Assembly (NCBI GenBank): GCA_918797485.1
Contig: CAKKNE010000003.1
Span: 2,294,001 to 2,358,000, forward strand
Source: Pelagomonas calceolata
Lineage: Eukaryota
Reading direction: 5' to 3'
DNA length: 64,000 nt
The notes beneath the pieces were generated by a model, which made no database searches, was not told the origin of the DNA, and worked only from the letters and a program-made list of their open reading frames with translations. This document shows, in pieces, positions 42,608-54,071 of this stretch. How positions within the stretch are numbered: the stretch's first letter is position 1; the number at the start of each line of letters is the position of its first letter. A program made the position numbers and the translations under genes.

Positions 42608-43152
42608 TTTTTAGGTCTAGAGCGCAGTCGTATGCCCGCTGCAGAGCTGCAGTCTCCTTGTGCAGTGATGCTTTTGAGGTGTCTAGCGGTTAGAATTGCG
42701 TTTTCTCGCCCGCACGAGTGAACACCGCTTCCGGATGTGTCCTCCGCCACCGCTGCTCGCTGCACCTTCCGCACACCGCGGCGTGTGAGCCGCTTTGCAA
42801 AATGCTCTCATGCAGCTGGTGGGAGAGTCTCGCGCAAACAAGACGCGTCGCACAAGAGGCGATCGGAGAACGGCGAGAGCTCCTCCGCTCGCGCGACGAG
42901 TCGGCAAACAAATCGAGCAGCCTTTAAGTGGCAGCACTCAGCGCTCTCCCAAAGGTGCCGCTGTGCCTCGCGGAGAGGGACGAGGGCAGCCCCCGAGACA
43001 CCGGGAGGACCCCCTCTCCACTCCTTTTAGCCCCCTGCATCGCGCGGAGAAGGCCTCCATCTCGGGAGAGCCAGGGGCAGGCAGCCTGGGAACCAAGGCC
43101 GTCGGGAGACGCCCGCGAGACGCCGTCGACGCGCCAGCAAAAGACATAAACC

Positions 43153-43836
43153 ATGGACGAGTCGGCGCTCCGCGTCCTCGCCGTGCCCAAGGACCCCATC
43201 CTGGGCCAGATCCACGGCGTCGATCCCAGGACCGGCGTCTACCCGACGCCGGCCTTCAGCCCCGTCGCCGTGCAGAGCGACACGGTCTTCGGGAGTCCGA
43301 AGAAGCTCGAGCTTGGGGAAACCCAGATCTGGCAGCAGTCGACGGACGAGTCGCACGGCGTGCCGCTGACCACGATTCCCTTTACACGAAGCGTGCCGCG
43401 GACGTCGCATTCTCATCCGTTGCCGCCTCGCAACAAGGAGAGCCTGGCCTACGATACCCCTAGGAAATGGGTGAGAGTGCGGGACCCGGCCAAGCACTGG
43501 GAGTTAAGGCGCTCTTATGGCCGTGCGAACAAGGCGTTGCTAGACAGGTACCGGTTCCACGGCATTAAAAAGAAGAACCTCCAGCCGGCCTGGCAGACGT
43601 GGGAGCGGCTGAACTCGTCGCCGACGCGGCAGTTGCGACCGGCCACCGCTGGTTCGAAGGGCGCCTACTACCGCATCCCGCGGCCCGGGACGTCCCGACC
43701 GGTCATCCCGCGGGAGGGGCCGCCGGACCCGACGCTGGTCATCGCCACGTACAACTCCATCTCCGGGAAGCAGCCGTACGTCTGCGGCCGCGGCAAGCAC
43801 GGCACGTTTCCGCCCTCGCTCACGCCCCCGTCGTGA
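43153..43836 (+). CDS. Hypothetical basic Pro-rich protein
   Basis: 227-aa ATG ORF with coding-like codon use. Confidence 0.55.
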   Translation: MDESALRVLAVPKDPILGQIHGVDPRTGVYPTPAFSPVAVQSDTVFGSPKKLELGETQIWQQSTDESHGVPLTTIPFTRSVPRTSHSHPLPPRNKESLAYDTPRKWVRVRDPAKHWELRRSYGRANKALLDRYRFHGIKKKNLQPAWQTWERLNSSPTRQLRPATAGSKGAYYRIPRPGTSRPVIPREGPPDPTLVIATYNSISGKQPYVCGRGKHGTFPPSLTPPS

Positions 43837-44154
43837 GTTGCGTACATAACCCTCCCCGCTCGACACGTAAGGCTCACTATAGGGATATTAGGAACTTGTT
43901 CGTTTTCCGGCTTATCTCGCGGGTTTTTACCAGCTACAAAATTTGGCCCATTGGACAGCCATAGACACCAAAATAAGCATGCTCAGACCGGCGTCTGCGA
44001 CTTCTGCGACTTCTTCGCTAACTTGCCGACAGACGCGGCGCTCGACGAGTGCAAAAACCCATCAATTTCGTCGTGTGTGGCCAGAGGACAGGGGCCGCGC
44101 GCGAGCGCTCGCGCGTTGAAAACGCGACGGCGTTGACCACTCGCGCCTCCGCAG

Positions 44155-44863
44155 GAACCGTCTCCTCGTCGCGCTCGCCGGCCTCTTCAGCGCGCCGTTT
44201 GTCGTCGACGCGTTCGTCGAGTATGAACCGCCGGCTCAGCCTGTTCTCGTGAAGCCGACATTCTGGGGCGGCGAGGCGTGCAGCGGGCCTCTGCCCCCCT
44301 GTGAGCCACCGAAGTGTACATGCCTCCGGCTAACCAACGGTGAATGCAGCAGGCGTAACCTGAATGGCGTCGGCGACTTCTTCGACCCGGAGCTCGGCTG
44401 GTGTACCAATCAAAAGTGCGCACCGTTCCTCGCGTCGCGCTTCGATCCCGACGCGGACGGCCTGACCCCGGAGCAGCAGAATGTCTACGATCCGGCGGCC
44501 TCGGCCTTCGTCCTCGAAGAGGGCGTCTGCACCGCCCTGCCTCACCTCTCGACGGTGATCACGACTTCTGATCCGCGTCTGCCGGACGAAAATTTACCCC
44601 ACTCGTACAAGTTCACCTGCACCGACGCATGCAAAGGCCAGCTCGCCTGGTACGTTGGCTCCGACGATTGCGACGCGAGCAAGATCCCCCAGCTCCCGGG
44701 ATTCGAAGGTTCGTTGGACATCAAGGAAGGCGACCCCGACACGTTGCGGACCTTCACGTTCGAGGGCGCCTCGGCCTGCTTCGCATCCTCGACGACGTTC
44801 GGACTCCTAGGCCTCGGCTCCCTATCGATGACCTACACGGCCGAGCCGTGCCCGTGCGAGTGA
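44155..44863 (+). CDS. Cys-rich secreted hypothetical protein (last exon; first exon unresolved)
   Basis: Acceptor CCGCAG at 44154 precedes in-frame NRLLVALAGLFSAPFVVDA (signal-peptide-like); in-frame TGA at 44117 means an upstream exon is needed. Confidence 0.5.
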
Positions 44864-44989
44864 AGCGACGGCTCGGTGGAACCCTCCCCGCCATCATGGT
44901 TCCCGCCTCGACCTCCTCTGCGTAAAGCGACTTTAAACATTAGAGATAAGCTAGGGGCCCGCGCCTGGGGACGGGCCCGAGAGAGTTGA

Positions 44990-45682
44990 TCAACTGGCGT
45001 CGGCGTCCGACCCCGACGCGTCGCCCCAGCCGCCGTCGTCCTCGGCGATCGAGGGGACGCGGCGGTTCCGCGCCGACTCGAGAAAGGCGACGAGCAGCTG
45101 CGACGCCTCCTCGTCCGAGGACGCGTACGTTTCCTCGGTACGCCGCCGCCGCCGCCGCGCGGCGCCCGCTGCTCGTCCCTCGGCGGCGACGTCGGCGCGC
45201 AAGCGGTCGCCGTCCGCGAGGACGGCGTCGATGGCCGCCGGAGTCGTGGCGGCCTCGAGCGCCACCTTAGCCCTCGCAAGCCACGCTCTGATCCGCCGCG
45301 TCGATCCCGTGGACACGGTCAGGGGCTCGTCGGCCGCTCGTCGCTTGCGATCGGCGGCCTCGGCCTCGCGCCGCTGCTGTTCTAATTTACGCCGCCATAT
45401 TGCCTCGAGCTCCGCGATTTCTCGTCTCGACCGCTCGACGGCCGCTGGGCTCGCGTTCTCGCGCGGGTGAAAGACGCGCTTGCCGATGGACGCGTCGCCC
45501 GTGAACTTTTTCGTGATGCGCATCGGGTCGCAGTTCAATTTGTCACTCAAGTAGCTCCGCAGCGTCGTGCCCGGCGCCGCGTCCAGCAGGCCGCCGTTGA
45601 AATCGCGGATGACGCGTTCCACGTAGGCTTCCTCCTCCTGGGTCCACTTGCCGCGTCGTAGACCGGAGCTTGGTCGTTCCAT
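44990..45682 (-). CDS. Stramenopile-type Myb-like putative transcription factor
   Basis: LRRGKWTQEEEAYVERVIRDFNGG...GTTLRSYLSDKLNCDPMRITKKFTG...IGK. Confidence 0.75.
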   Translation of the reverse strand: MERPSSGLRRGKWTQEEEAYVERVIRDFNGGLLDAAPGTTLRSYLSDKLNCDPMRITKKFTGDASIGKRVFHPRENASPAAVERSRREIAELEAIWRRKLEQQRREAEAADRKRRAADEPLTVSTGSTRRIRAWLARAKVALEAATTPAAIDAVLADGDRLRADVAAEGRAAGAARRRRRRTEETYASSDEEASQLLVAFLESARNRRVPSIAEDDGGWGDASGSDADAS

Positions 45683-45689
45683 CGCCACT

Positions 45690-45856
45690 CGCGCGCTGCG
45701 GCTCGCGCGTAGGACACTCTGGCGGGCAACTGGCGCGGCCCGCGCGCTGCGGGTCGCGCGAGAGACACGCTGGCGGGCAACTGGCGCGCTGGCTCGTTAC
45801 GCTGCGGCTCCCCGGGTCACGGGGACCCCGCCGGCGAGCAGTTGGCGCGTTGGCTA
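45690..45856. repeat. Tandem 51-bp repeat (2 good copies + 1 degenerate) upstream of Myb-like gene
   Basis: CGCGCGCTGCGG.TCGCGCG...GACAC.CTGGCGGGCAACTGGCGCG at 45690 and 45741; degenerate third copy ~45799. Confidence 0.75.
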
Positions 45857-46059
45857 GCACCGCTAGGGCTCTCCTGGCGTACTCGAAGCAAAGATCGAGG
45901 AGAGTCCCACGCCGTCCCTAGGGAGGCAGCGGTGCTCTTGTTCAGGCAGCAGCGCGTACGGCCCCTCTGGATTATGTTCGCAATCGCTGAGGGGGCGACG
46001 GCAGCTAGGCGCGTCGGTATCCCCGCGAATCAATGACGCTAAGTTGAGCCAGATAAAAC

Positions 46060-46081
46060 CTAGCGGTTGTAAGACCTCTAG
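46060..46081. promoter_or_regulatory. Recurrent CTAG-bounded intergenic motif (variant)
   Basis: CTAGCGGTTGTAAGACCTCTAG between divergent genes. Confidence 0.45.
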
Positions 46082-46204
46082 AACGGTGAGAGAAAAATTG
46101 GTGCAGCGAGAGCACACGACATCGGGGCAGCATGGGGCTGCCGTGAGCGTTGCCCATAAACAGCACCCCCAAGGTGGCCGCCCGGGTGCCCATAAAACGC
46201 ATCG

Positions 46205-49200
46205 ATGCCGAGACAACTCGGTGGCACAGCGATGCGGCCCAGGCCGCGCGCCAACAGATGCGCCACCCTGTGCTGGCTGCTGCTCGCCACCGCTTTCGGT
46301 GCGCTGCTGAGCAACTCGTGGGCCACCTTCCGCGAATTAACAACGCACGAGCCCTGGGCGCGGCCGGCGCCGGCGCCGACGCCGCAACCCACAATTCCTA
46401 TGACGCCGCAGCCGACGCCGGGCACGCAGGCCGCGGCGCTGCGCGCGAAATTAGATTGGGTGGCATCAGCTAACACCGCGGCGGTGCGTTCAAGAGATGC
46501 GGAGATCGCGAGCCTGCGCGAAAAAGTAAGGTCGGCGCTCGCGAAGGCGAGTGAGCCAAAAGTCGACGACGCGGAACTCGCAAAGCTCCGCAAAGACAAC
46601 GCGGAGCTCGGAAAGCTCCGCGACGAGCTCGCCGCGCTGAAGAGGAAACACGTCGACCGGAAAAAGAAGCAGCGCCACACTTCTATAAATGTGACGCGGC
46701 TCGCTCCGCGACTCTCGGATAAAAAATTGGGTTCTACAAAATGCGCCCCGTCCACGAAAGCGAAGGATTTGCGCGTGCTCGTCGCCGGGCTGAGCCGGAG
46801 CGGGTCGACGTGGCAATTCAACGCATTGAGGGAACTGGTTAAAGAAGCTTCGGGTGTGGAACCATCAACAGCGCACGCCGACGCCGACTCCGCATTGTTC
46901 GACGTTTGTTTGGCGACGCCGCCGTGCCTCCTGAAGACGCATAGATTTGTGCCCCGACTCCTCCCGAAGGTGGATTTTGTGTTCAGCTCCCATCGAGATT
47001 TGAGGGATGTCCTGTTATCGAGCATGCAGATGTTCGGCTCGTGCCTCGGCTTCGGCCCCGAAGCGTTGCATTCGCGAGATCGCAAGTCGACGGCGGCGGC
47101 CCACGACGTCGCGCCGCGCTTCCAGCAGTACGCCAAGTGGGCGAGATACGCGTGCTACGACATGAGGTACGAGACGATGTTTGCTGATCGGAGCGGCGAG
47201 GTTTCTCGATTAGCAAAGGCTTTGCAAATAGATATTTCGAAAACGCAAGCTTCACAGATCGTAAAAGCCGTGGAACAGCTCAAGAAGGCCACGTCCAACG
47301 GCACGTGGGACAGCACGTCCGGATTTTCATCGGAACACGTCCACGAATCCACAAGCTCGCCAGGAGCGTTTTCCCGGGCGGAGACATTAGTACAAGTAGC
47401 TCTCAAGCTGCCGTCGTGCCCCGTCGCGGCGGCCTTCGACTTCGTGGATCGGGGTTTTGGAACGTGGCAAGGTGCTCACGGCTACGCGTCGAGAACTGGA
47501 GACGCCTACACCGCCTCGCTCACGGGCGACCGCTTTCCTAGGTTGGCCCACGTCTTCTTCTCTGATACTAAGGGCGCCGCGGTGGCCTTGCTGAAAGCCA
47601 GGGACGCAGCTCGGACTCACGACGACGTGCACATTTCTTTGGTCGATGCTATCGACGACGCGAGAAAGCGCTTCGACTACGCCTGCAAGGCCGACAAGGA
47701 CTTGGCGTCTCTACTCAAATGCGCCCCGCCGTCCTCGGACTACGTGTTCCTGGTCGCTCCTGGTGTTCAACTGAACGCGTCGACCTATGCTTCACTGAGA
47801 GACAAAGTCGTCGACGAGCGCCGCCCCCTCGCAAAGGGCTGGGCCTTTGGTGCGAGTCAGAGGGTCGACGCGTTATTATTACCGTCGAGGTGGGCGTCCC
47901 TTTTAGAACCGATGGTGGAGCTACGGGGCGATCATTTGGCCGTGCTCGCGACGGCCGCCGCGCATCTTGGCAAAGTGGTTTATGATGAGGTCCTTCTAGG
48001 GTTAATCAATGATGAGACAGTGGTACAATCATCATCGAAGAAGCGCCTGGCGGCCGCGGAGGCTTCGACAAGGGGCATGGGCCGACTCCTGAAGTCAAAC
48101 CATTTCGCAAGGTGCTGCTGTAGTACCGGACCGGCGCCCGCCGAAGTATCTGGAGAGTGGCTCTGGGATGCGGAACGTATCGAGTTGGAGCGGTGCGGTT
48201 TAGCCCATCTGCCTTTGTTGAAAAAGAGGGACGTGCATGAGGTAGTAAAAACGTGGTGCGAGCACGCGGCGGTCGCCGTCGCCGCGAACTCGACCCTAAG
48301 AAGGAGGAACCGTGCCGTGCGCGTCGACGAGGCTTGTACCGTTATACAACATTCGGTGCCGTCGACGCGAGCCTGCGCCAAGGGTCAGATCCAGGCGGGC
48401 GAGCCGTCGGGCGTTTTTGTCCAGGAGCCGCCGAGACGAATTCTGCTCGTGAGAGACGCTCCCCTCAGACACCTCGAGGGCGCGGACGCGCGTATTTTGC
48501 GCCTCGTCGAGTGGTTATGCGGCCGGGGCCACCGGGTGACTCTGGCTACAAGAGGTAGAGCGTTGAAATACGTGGGCAGCGGCGACCAGCCGCCGGCCTC
48601 GGCGAAGCTCTGGTTCCGAAGGCGACTTGATTTAGATGCCTGTTCGGTCGACGTGAAGACGGACGACGAGGGTCTGACGAGGGTGCTGGCACCTTCAGCA
48701 TTAGACGCGGCGGCTTTTGATCTTGCGCTGCTGGAAGTAAATTTTGACGTGAGATTCGGAGATAGACCGGCCGCACATGTCGCCCTGGAGAGATTTCGGG
48801 CATCGCGGCGCCGCCCGAAGCTCGTCGCGTTGCTGTCTGATTCGTTACATTATAGACAGGAGGTCGCGGCCGGCGCGCCGCGGGCGTCGGCGGCTGCCGT
48901 CTACGGGTACGAGCGGTTGCTGTACGCGCACCCGTCCGTCACCGCTGTTATAGCTGGCGACGCGGCTTTATTACCATCCTTTCGCGCTCTACAAGTGCGC
49001 GCGCGGCCGAACGCGACGCATCACCCGCCCGTCGTCTTCGCGTCGTACCGCACGGACGTGGACTCCGAGGGTCTGGTCGGCGGGGCGGACGCCCACAAGC
49101 ACGTCGCGTCTTATTCTTCAAGAAAGGATGTGTTGGTGATGCTCGGCCCGGGCCGCGGCCACAGGCAGGCCCTCTCGCAGCTTTTGGGGAGGTGGCGCGG

Positions 49201-49989
49201 CCGCAGGTTGGTCGTCACCGGTAATGATGAATGGCGAGAAGTCGTGGAGGAGCACTGTGCTTCCGAAAGGGGCATTGCGGCGGCTTCGGCGCCGGACGAA
49301 CCGGAGCCGGCGTCGCTCGCCGCCTTGGCCGACGTGCGACGCGCGGCGCCGACGCCGCAGCCGACGCGCGGGGCGTGTTCCGTTTCCTATGTTTCGTTGC
49401 CGCTGGTGGCGCTCGAGGGGCCGTCGCCGTTACAAGCTGCAAAGGCTGAACTTTCCAAGCTCATGGCCGCGGCTTACGTTGTCATCGCGCCGGCCGGCTC
49501 GACGGGCTGCTTCCTAGCTTTAGAGCATGGCCTCCCCGTGGCCGCTCCGCTCAACTCCACGTGCGGCGGCCTCGTGGTCACCTGTGTGGAAATCAAAATT
49601 TTACGGCGGGTTCGCGCCGAATCGTCGCGTCGACCTCCACGCCATCGATGCGACGTCACTGGTTGATTTCCACGCAGGTGGTCACGACGGGCAACGGAGC
49701 GTCGCCTCTGACGTTCTTCGACGACAACGCCGATTCGCTGACGAAGGCCCTGTCGTACGACGAGACGACCTGGGGCGTCGCGGCGCGCGCTGCTTTAGAA
49801 GTCTCGCTCAAGCTCGCGTCGTCGACGGACTGGCTGCGCGACGCGACGCTGCGAGGCCTGCTCAAAGGTTCGAACGGCGACGACGCGTGCGCGGCTTTGC
49901 ACCCGGAGCCGTCGCCGATCGACGCCGCGCTCGACGCGTCCCTGCTGGACGCGCTCCGGTCGGCGGTCCTCCTGGACGATGTGATGTAA
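46205..49989 (+). CDS. Type II membrane protein with sulfotransferase-like domain and C-terminal GT-B-like region; join(46205-49573,49678-49989)
   Basis: N-terminal TM anchor and Pro-rich stem; VAGLSRSGSTW and HRDLRDVLLS (PAPS-binding-like); RILRLVEWLCGRGHRVTL and ALEHGLPV; in-frame splice over introner. Confidence 0.65.
49582..49677 (+). mobile_element. Introner copy 4 (96 bp); intron 49574-49677
   Basis: TIRs CTGTGTGGAAATCAA / TTGATTTCCACGCAG; perfect TSD GTGGTCAC at 49574-49581 and 49678-49685. Confidence 0.93.
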
Positions 49990-50006
49990 TAACACAACAG
50001 TTTTAG

Positions 50007-50858
50007 TTACGACGACATACGCTTCGTCCCGACGATGACCTGGTGGAAGGGCCGGAGCAGGTCCAGGACCACGACGTCGTAGTTCAGGCACTCGTAGAGC
50101 TCCTTCAGCAGGTGGAAGTCGAAGACGTGCCAGTGCAGCATCTGCATTCCTTTCTCCGAGGCTAGAGTTCTTTCCCTCAATTCCGCCGCCCCGCTCCCCG
50201 GCGGGAAGCCCCAGTCGCGCGTGACGTCCACGGACCTAATTGTCTGTTCAAAATCTGACATGAGCGCGTCTTCGTTCGTCCGTCGTCTTACGTGTTTCTG
50301 GGCGAGCTGGTCAAGTGTGTTAGGGGCGCGAGCGTGATCAAATGTGTCCGCCTTCCAGGGCAGAACGAGGAACAGCGTCCCGCCCGGCGCGAGCACGGCA
50401 TCCCAGCTCAGTAAGGCGCCGAGCGGATCTCGCGTGTGTTCCAATACATGTGACGCGAACAGGAATTCGTAGGAGCCCTCGGCGACGTGGTTCGTGAGAT
50501 TGGAAGCGTCACCTACCAGGGTTTTGCCGATCGCCTCGCCGGCCGGGGCGAAGTCCGCTCCATCTATCAACTCAGGTCTCCCATGAAAATGATCCTCGAA
50601 CGTGGCCAGGTTGTCGCAGCTCGCCAGTAGCCCATAGAGGTTCGCGGCGAGCGGCGTCGGGCCGCCGATCTCGAGCCCTTTGCGGCCCTCCGTGGCGTGC
50701 CTCAGCGCGAGCTGGTCGCGGACGTCGTCGTACGGCGGACCCCGCAGCACGGCGTCGTCGATGTCTTCGAGCGTTGCCTCAAAATGCTTGTTGGGGCAGA
50801 GGTCTTTGAGCGTCGTGGCTGCCGCCGTGCCGACGACGAGCCAGCGGAGCGCGAGCAT
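50007..50858 (-). CDS. Class I SAM-dependent methyltransferase (type 11-like) with signal peptide
   Basis: GLEIGGP, GDASNL, SYEFLFASHVLEH..DPL.AL..W..VLAPGG.L.LVLP. Confidence 0.8.
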   Translation of the reverse strand: MLALRWLVVGTAAATTLKDLCPNKHFEATLEDIDDAVLRGPPYDDVRDQLALRHATEGRKGLEIGGPTPLAANLYGLLASCDNLATFEDHFHGRPELIDGADFAPAGEAIGKTLVGDASNLTNHVAEGSYEFLFASHVLEHTRDPLGALLSWDAVLAPGGTLFLVLPWKADTFDHARAPNTLDQLAQKHVRRRTNEDALMSDFEQTIRSVDVTRDWGFPPGSGAAELRERTLASEKGMQMLHWHVFDFHLLKELYECLNYDVVVLDLLRPFHQVIVGTKRMSS

Positions 50859-51023
50859 AGCGCGCAGGGCTGCCCTCACTCACTGATGCTTTGCGCGTAC
50901 AGGCTGCCCTCACTGATGCTTCTGGGCTGTGGCAGGGTTGCGGTTGGGCTGCCTGCCTTCACTCGAAGTCCCTGATGGACGAGATGGGCAGCCGTACGCC
51001 CGCGGCTTGGGTTCCGGTGCATG

Positions 51024-51043
51024 CTAGTGTGATAGCACGCTAG
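51024..51043. promoter_or_regulatory. Recurrent CTAG-bounded intergenic motif (variant)
   Basis: CTAGTGTGATAGCACGCTAG between divergent genes. Confidence 0.4.
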
Positions 51044-51166
51044 TTAACTCACCACTTCAGTCCACTTCGGCTTTTGGCCGCATTGATGACGCTGTCGGTG
51101 TGCTGACCAGCGAGAGCTGTTCTAAGGCATATTCTGAGGCACCGAACAAAAAAAAGCACAGCGAAA

Positions 51167-52096
51167 ATGCCCGCAGTGCCGCCAAAAAAGGCATCTGTCA
51201 TCCTCAGGCTCTTGGACGCCACCGACAAAGAGCTCCACGCGATAAAGCTCGAAGTCGCCCCGTCGAAACTCGCGACGCCGCTACAAACCTACGTCGAACG
51301 CTTCGCGCGCCACTACAACCGGCGGTGCGCGCCGGAGGACCGCGTCGACGCGGCGGCGCTCGCGGCCGCGGACGCGGAGGGCGAGCTAGACGCCGCCGTG
51401 CCGGTCGGGAACTTGGTGGACGCGCAGAAGACGCTGCGCGTCGTCCTACGGAAAGCCGTCGTGGAAGAAGCCGCGCCGGCAGAGGACGCGACGGCCGGCG
51501 ACGAGGCAATAGCCTCGCTCAACTTCGAGCCGAGCGCGACGTTTACTGGATCAAGACCAGGGAAGGCCTTCAAGCGGGGCTACCTGGGCCAGGGCTACTA
51601 CACAGACGTAACACAAAGTGACGACGCCTTCGAGGCGAGCGCCACATACACTGGCCCAAGGCCCGGCCGCGTCTTCACGACACGTAGATCAGGTACCGGA
51701 TACTACCTGGATACGCCTCCGCTAGATCATGGCGGCGCGTTAGTTGTGAGGCAGTTCGAACCGCCGCCACCAAATGGGCGCGTGTACTCCAAAAACGAAT
51801 TCGACGTGCTGCGCGAGACGGCGCCGCCAGAAACAACGCTGTGCCTGTTCTTCGAAGATGGGGAAGAAACAGAAAAACTGAGGGACGCCTTCGGGGCCAT
51901 GGCGTTGCGGTTCTGGCCCCGGGCGATCTTGCTGAGGGCGGGCCTGCGCACGGATCTGGCGAAGGCCTGTGATGTTTCTGCAACGGCCTTCGTCTTCTTT
52001 CGGGGAGGCAAGGCCGTCGACAAGTGCAGCGACGAGATGGCTTTGCAGGTCAAGCTCGCGAAGGCCTCAAGCTTGTGCGGCGGAGGACGAGATTGA
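51167..52096 (+). CDS. Protein with two F.G.RPG..F....G.GYY.D repeats and degenerate thioredoxin-like C-terminus
   Basis: FEPSATFTGSRPGKAFKRGYLGQGYYTD / FEASATYTGPRPGRVFTTRRSGTGYYLD; AFVFFRGGKAVD. Confidence 0.6.
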   Translation: MPAVPPKKASVILRLLDATDKELHAIKLEVAPSKLATPLQTYVERFARHYNRRCAPEDRVDAAALAAADAEGELDAAVPVGNLVDAQKTLRVVLRKAVVEEAAPAEDATAGDEAIASLNFEPSATFTGSRPGKAFKRGYLGQGYYTDVTQSDDAFEASATYTGPRPGRVFTTRRSGTGYYLDTPPLDHGGALVVRQFEPPPPNGRVYSKNEFDVLRETAPPETTLCLFFEDGEETEKLRDAFGAMALRFWPRAILLRAGLRTDLAKACDVSATAFVFFRGGKAVDKCSDEMALQVKLAKASSLCGGGRD

Positions 52097-52298
52097 CGCC
52101 CTACCGCGCTTACAGGAATTGTTCGACCGACGGGAATTCGGCATTGGTCCTTGTCCTCGATAGCTACGACGAGGCCGAGGAGCCGTACGAGGACGCGTTC
52201 TCGCAGGACATGGCCGCTGATTTGTATGGCGCGACGCAGGTCAGTAATTTGTGTGAAGTATACTTCTCAACTTACTCTGTCCTAGCGCGACGGATGGG

Positions 52299-54071
52299 TC
52301 ACGAGACGCAGTCCGCCCCGCCGACGCAGTCCGCCCCGCCCCCCTTCGCCGAACCGCACCGTGCACAGAACGCGCCCCACTTCGACTTGTAAGTCGGCTG
52401 GTCGTGCTCGACGCACTCCCCCAGGTCCGCGTCCCAAATGTACCTCGGGTGCGCGCCCTTGCCGTCCGGCGCGTGCCAGAAGCGGCAGGGTGCCTTCTTG
52501 TTGTTTTTGGTGATGCATCGCTCCCCGGCCAGCTCCCTCGGACATCGCTTGTCGTAGTCCAGGCCCCCTCCGTACTTCGCCTTCGTCGAGTTTTCGATCC
52601 GCTGTTTCTCCGCGGCCTTCTTCTCTTTTTTAACACGAACACCGGCGCGGCCGCGCTCAGAACCGTGTTCGCTAGGAAGCGCGTCCTCCACCGTCGCCGG
52701 CGACGGGTCCATGTAATCCGTGTGGTAGGTGGCACCCTCGTTCTCGACGATGCGCTTCTCCGTCGGGGCCGCCGTCGTGGTCTGATGCCGCGACGCGCGC
52801 TCCGCACCTTCATACCGAGCGACAAAGCTCGGCCGCGTCGCTTCCAGGGGGCACGGCGTCGCCGGCGCGAAGCATGCGAGGAGCGGGGCGTCAACGCCAA
52901 ACGCCGACGTCGCACACGTGTCCGACGCGGCCCAGGACAGCGGGGGCGGGCGCTGCTTGTTCCACGAACCCTCGTCTATCACTAACCCGCCGCCGCCGCC
53001 GCGAATCTCGCGCAGCAACTTCTTCGCGACGTCCGTCTTCTCGAACTCGGCCTGCGCCTTGATATCCTCGTCCTCCGCGGCGGCGAGGGCCGCTATGGCG
53101 CGGTCGCGCGTGTACATCCAGTGCGGGGGCGTCGTGCCCTCCGACTCGCACCGCGACACTAATGCCAGCCCCTCCTCGTAGCCGCCGCACCTCGTACAGT
53201 GTCCGCTGGTCGGGTGGCGCGTCGTCCACGCCGCGCCGCACTCGCACTTGAACTTCCCGTTCTCCACCACTATATTCCCGTCGGCGTCGCGCACGACGCA
53301 GTCGTACAGCGCGTACCCACCACCAAAAAGGACGTGGATGTCCGCGGGGCACTCGTCGCGTAGGCGGCACGCCTCGCGCCGCTGATGATCCGGGCACACG
53401 ACGAAGGGCGTGTAGCCGGTGCCTCGTCGGACGAACGGCACGCAGGCGCCGGGCGCCGCGTCGAGGTCGTCTTCGTCGTCGTCGAAGCGCGCCGAGAAGC
53501 GCGCCGGCGCCGGCGCCGGCGCCGCTTCAGCGCCGTGGCGGTTGACCGGCAGCAGCGCGCGCGCGGAGGCGCCGTCGCCACCGTGGAGGCGCGCCACGAC
53601 GGCGGCGAGCTCGGGCGCCGCGGTGGGCGCGAGCCGCGGCGCGAGCGGGTCCGCGGGCGCCGCGGCGACCGCGTCGTAGCGCGGCCGCTTGACGTCGACG
53701 ATGGCCGAGCGGTCGCGCATCCAGCCCTTGATCGTGTCGGTGTCGAGCGCCGCGGCCGCGTCGGCGAGGTCGACCGCGCGGCGCGGCCGGCGGCGCTTCG
53801 GGCGCGGCGCCGCGTCGGGTGGCGCCGCGGCCGGCGGCGCCGCGTCGACGGCTGTCGGCCGCGGCACCGGCGCGGCGTCGGCGGGCGCCGCCGGCGCCGT
53901 CATCGCGCCGCGCTCATCGCGCCGCTTCGCGAGGAGCGGCTTGGCGGGCGGCGCCGGATCGGCGCCGTCGACGCCGTCGTTCTTGTCCGTCGACGTGCGC
54001 GCGCGCTTCGCGACGGGCGCGGCGTCCTCGTCTCCAGAGCTGTCGCCGCGCAGGTCAATTACCTCGGCCAT
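52299..54071 (-). CDS. Hypothetical protein with Cys/His clusters (possible zinc fingers)
   Basis: CPDH....CRL.DEC...H, CEC...HC..C, C.......C.......CRFWH; EVIDL SIM-like start; ends GGADCVGGADCVS. Confidence 0.55.
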   Translation of the reverse strand: MAEVIDLRGDSSGDEDAAPVAKRARTSTDKNDGVDGADPAPPAKPLLAKRRDERGAMTAPAAPADAAPVPRPTAVDAAPPAAAPPDAAPRPKRRRPRRAVDLADAAAALDTDTIKGWMRDRSAIVDVKRPRYDAVAAAPADPLAPRLAPTAAPELAAVVARLHGGDGASARALLPVNRHGAEAAPAPAPARFSARFDDDEDDLDAAPGACVPFVRRGTGYTPFVVCPDHQRREACRLRDECPADIHVLFGGGYALYDCVVRDADGNIVVENGKFKCECGAAWTTRHPTSGHCTRCGGYEEGLALVSRCESEGTTPPHWMYTRDRAIAALAAAEDEDIKAQAEFEKTDVAKKLLREIRGGGGGLVIDEGSWNKQRPPPLSWAASDTCATSAFGVDAPLLACFAPATPCPLEATRPSFVARYEGAERASRHQTTTAAPTEKRIVENEGATYHTDYMDPSPATVEDALPSEHGSERGRAGVRVKKEKKAAEKQRIENSTKAKYGGGLDYDKRCPRELAGERCITKNNKKAPCRFWHAPDGKGAHPRYIWDADLGECVEHDQPTYKSKWGAFCARCGSAKGGGADCVGGADCVS

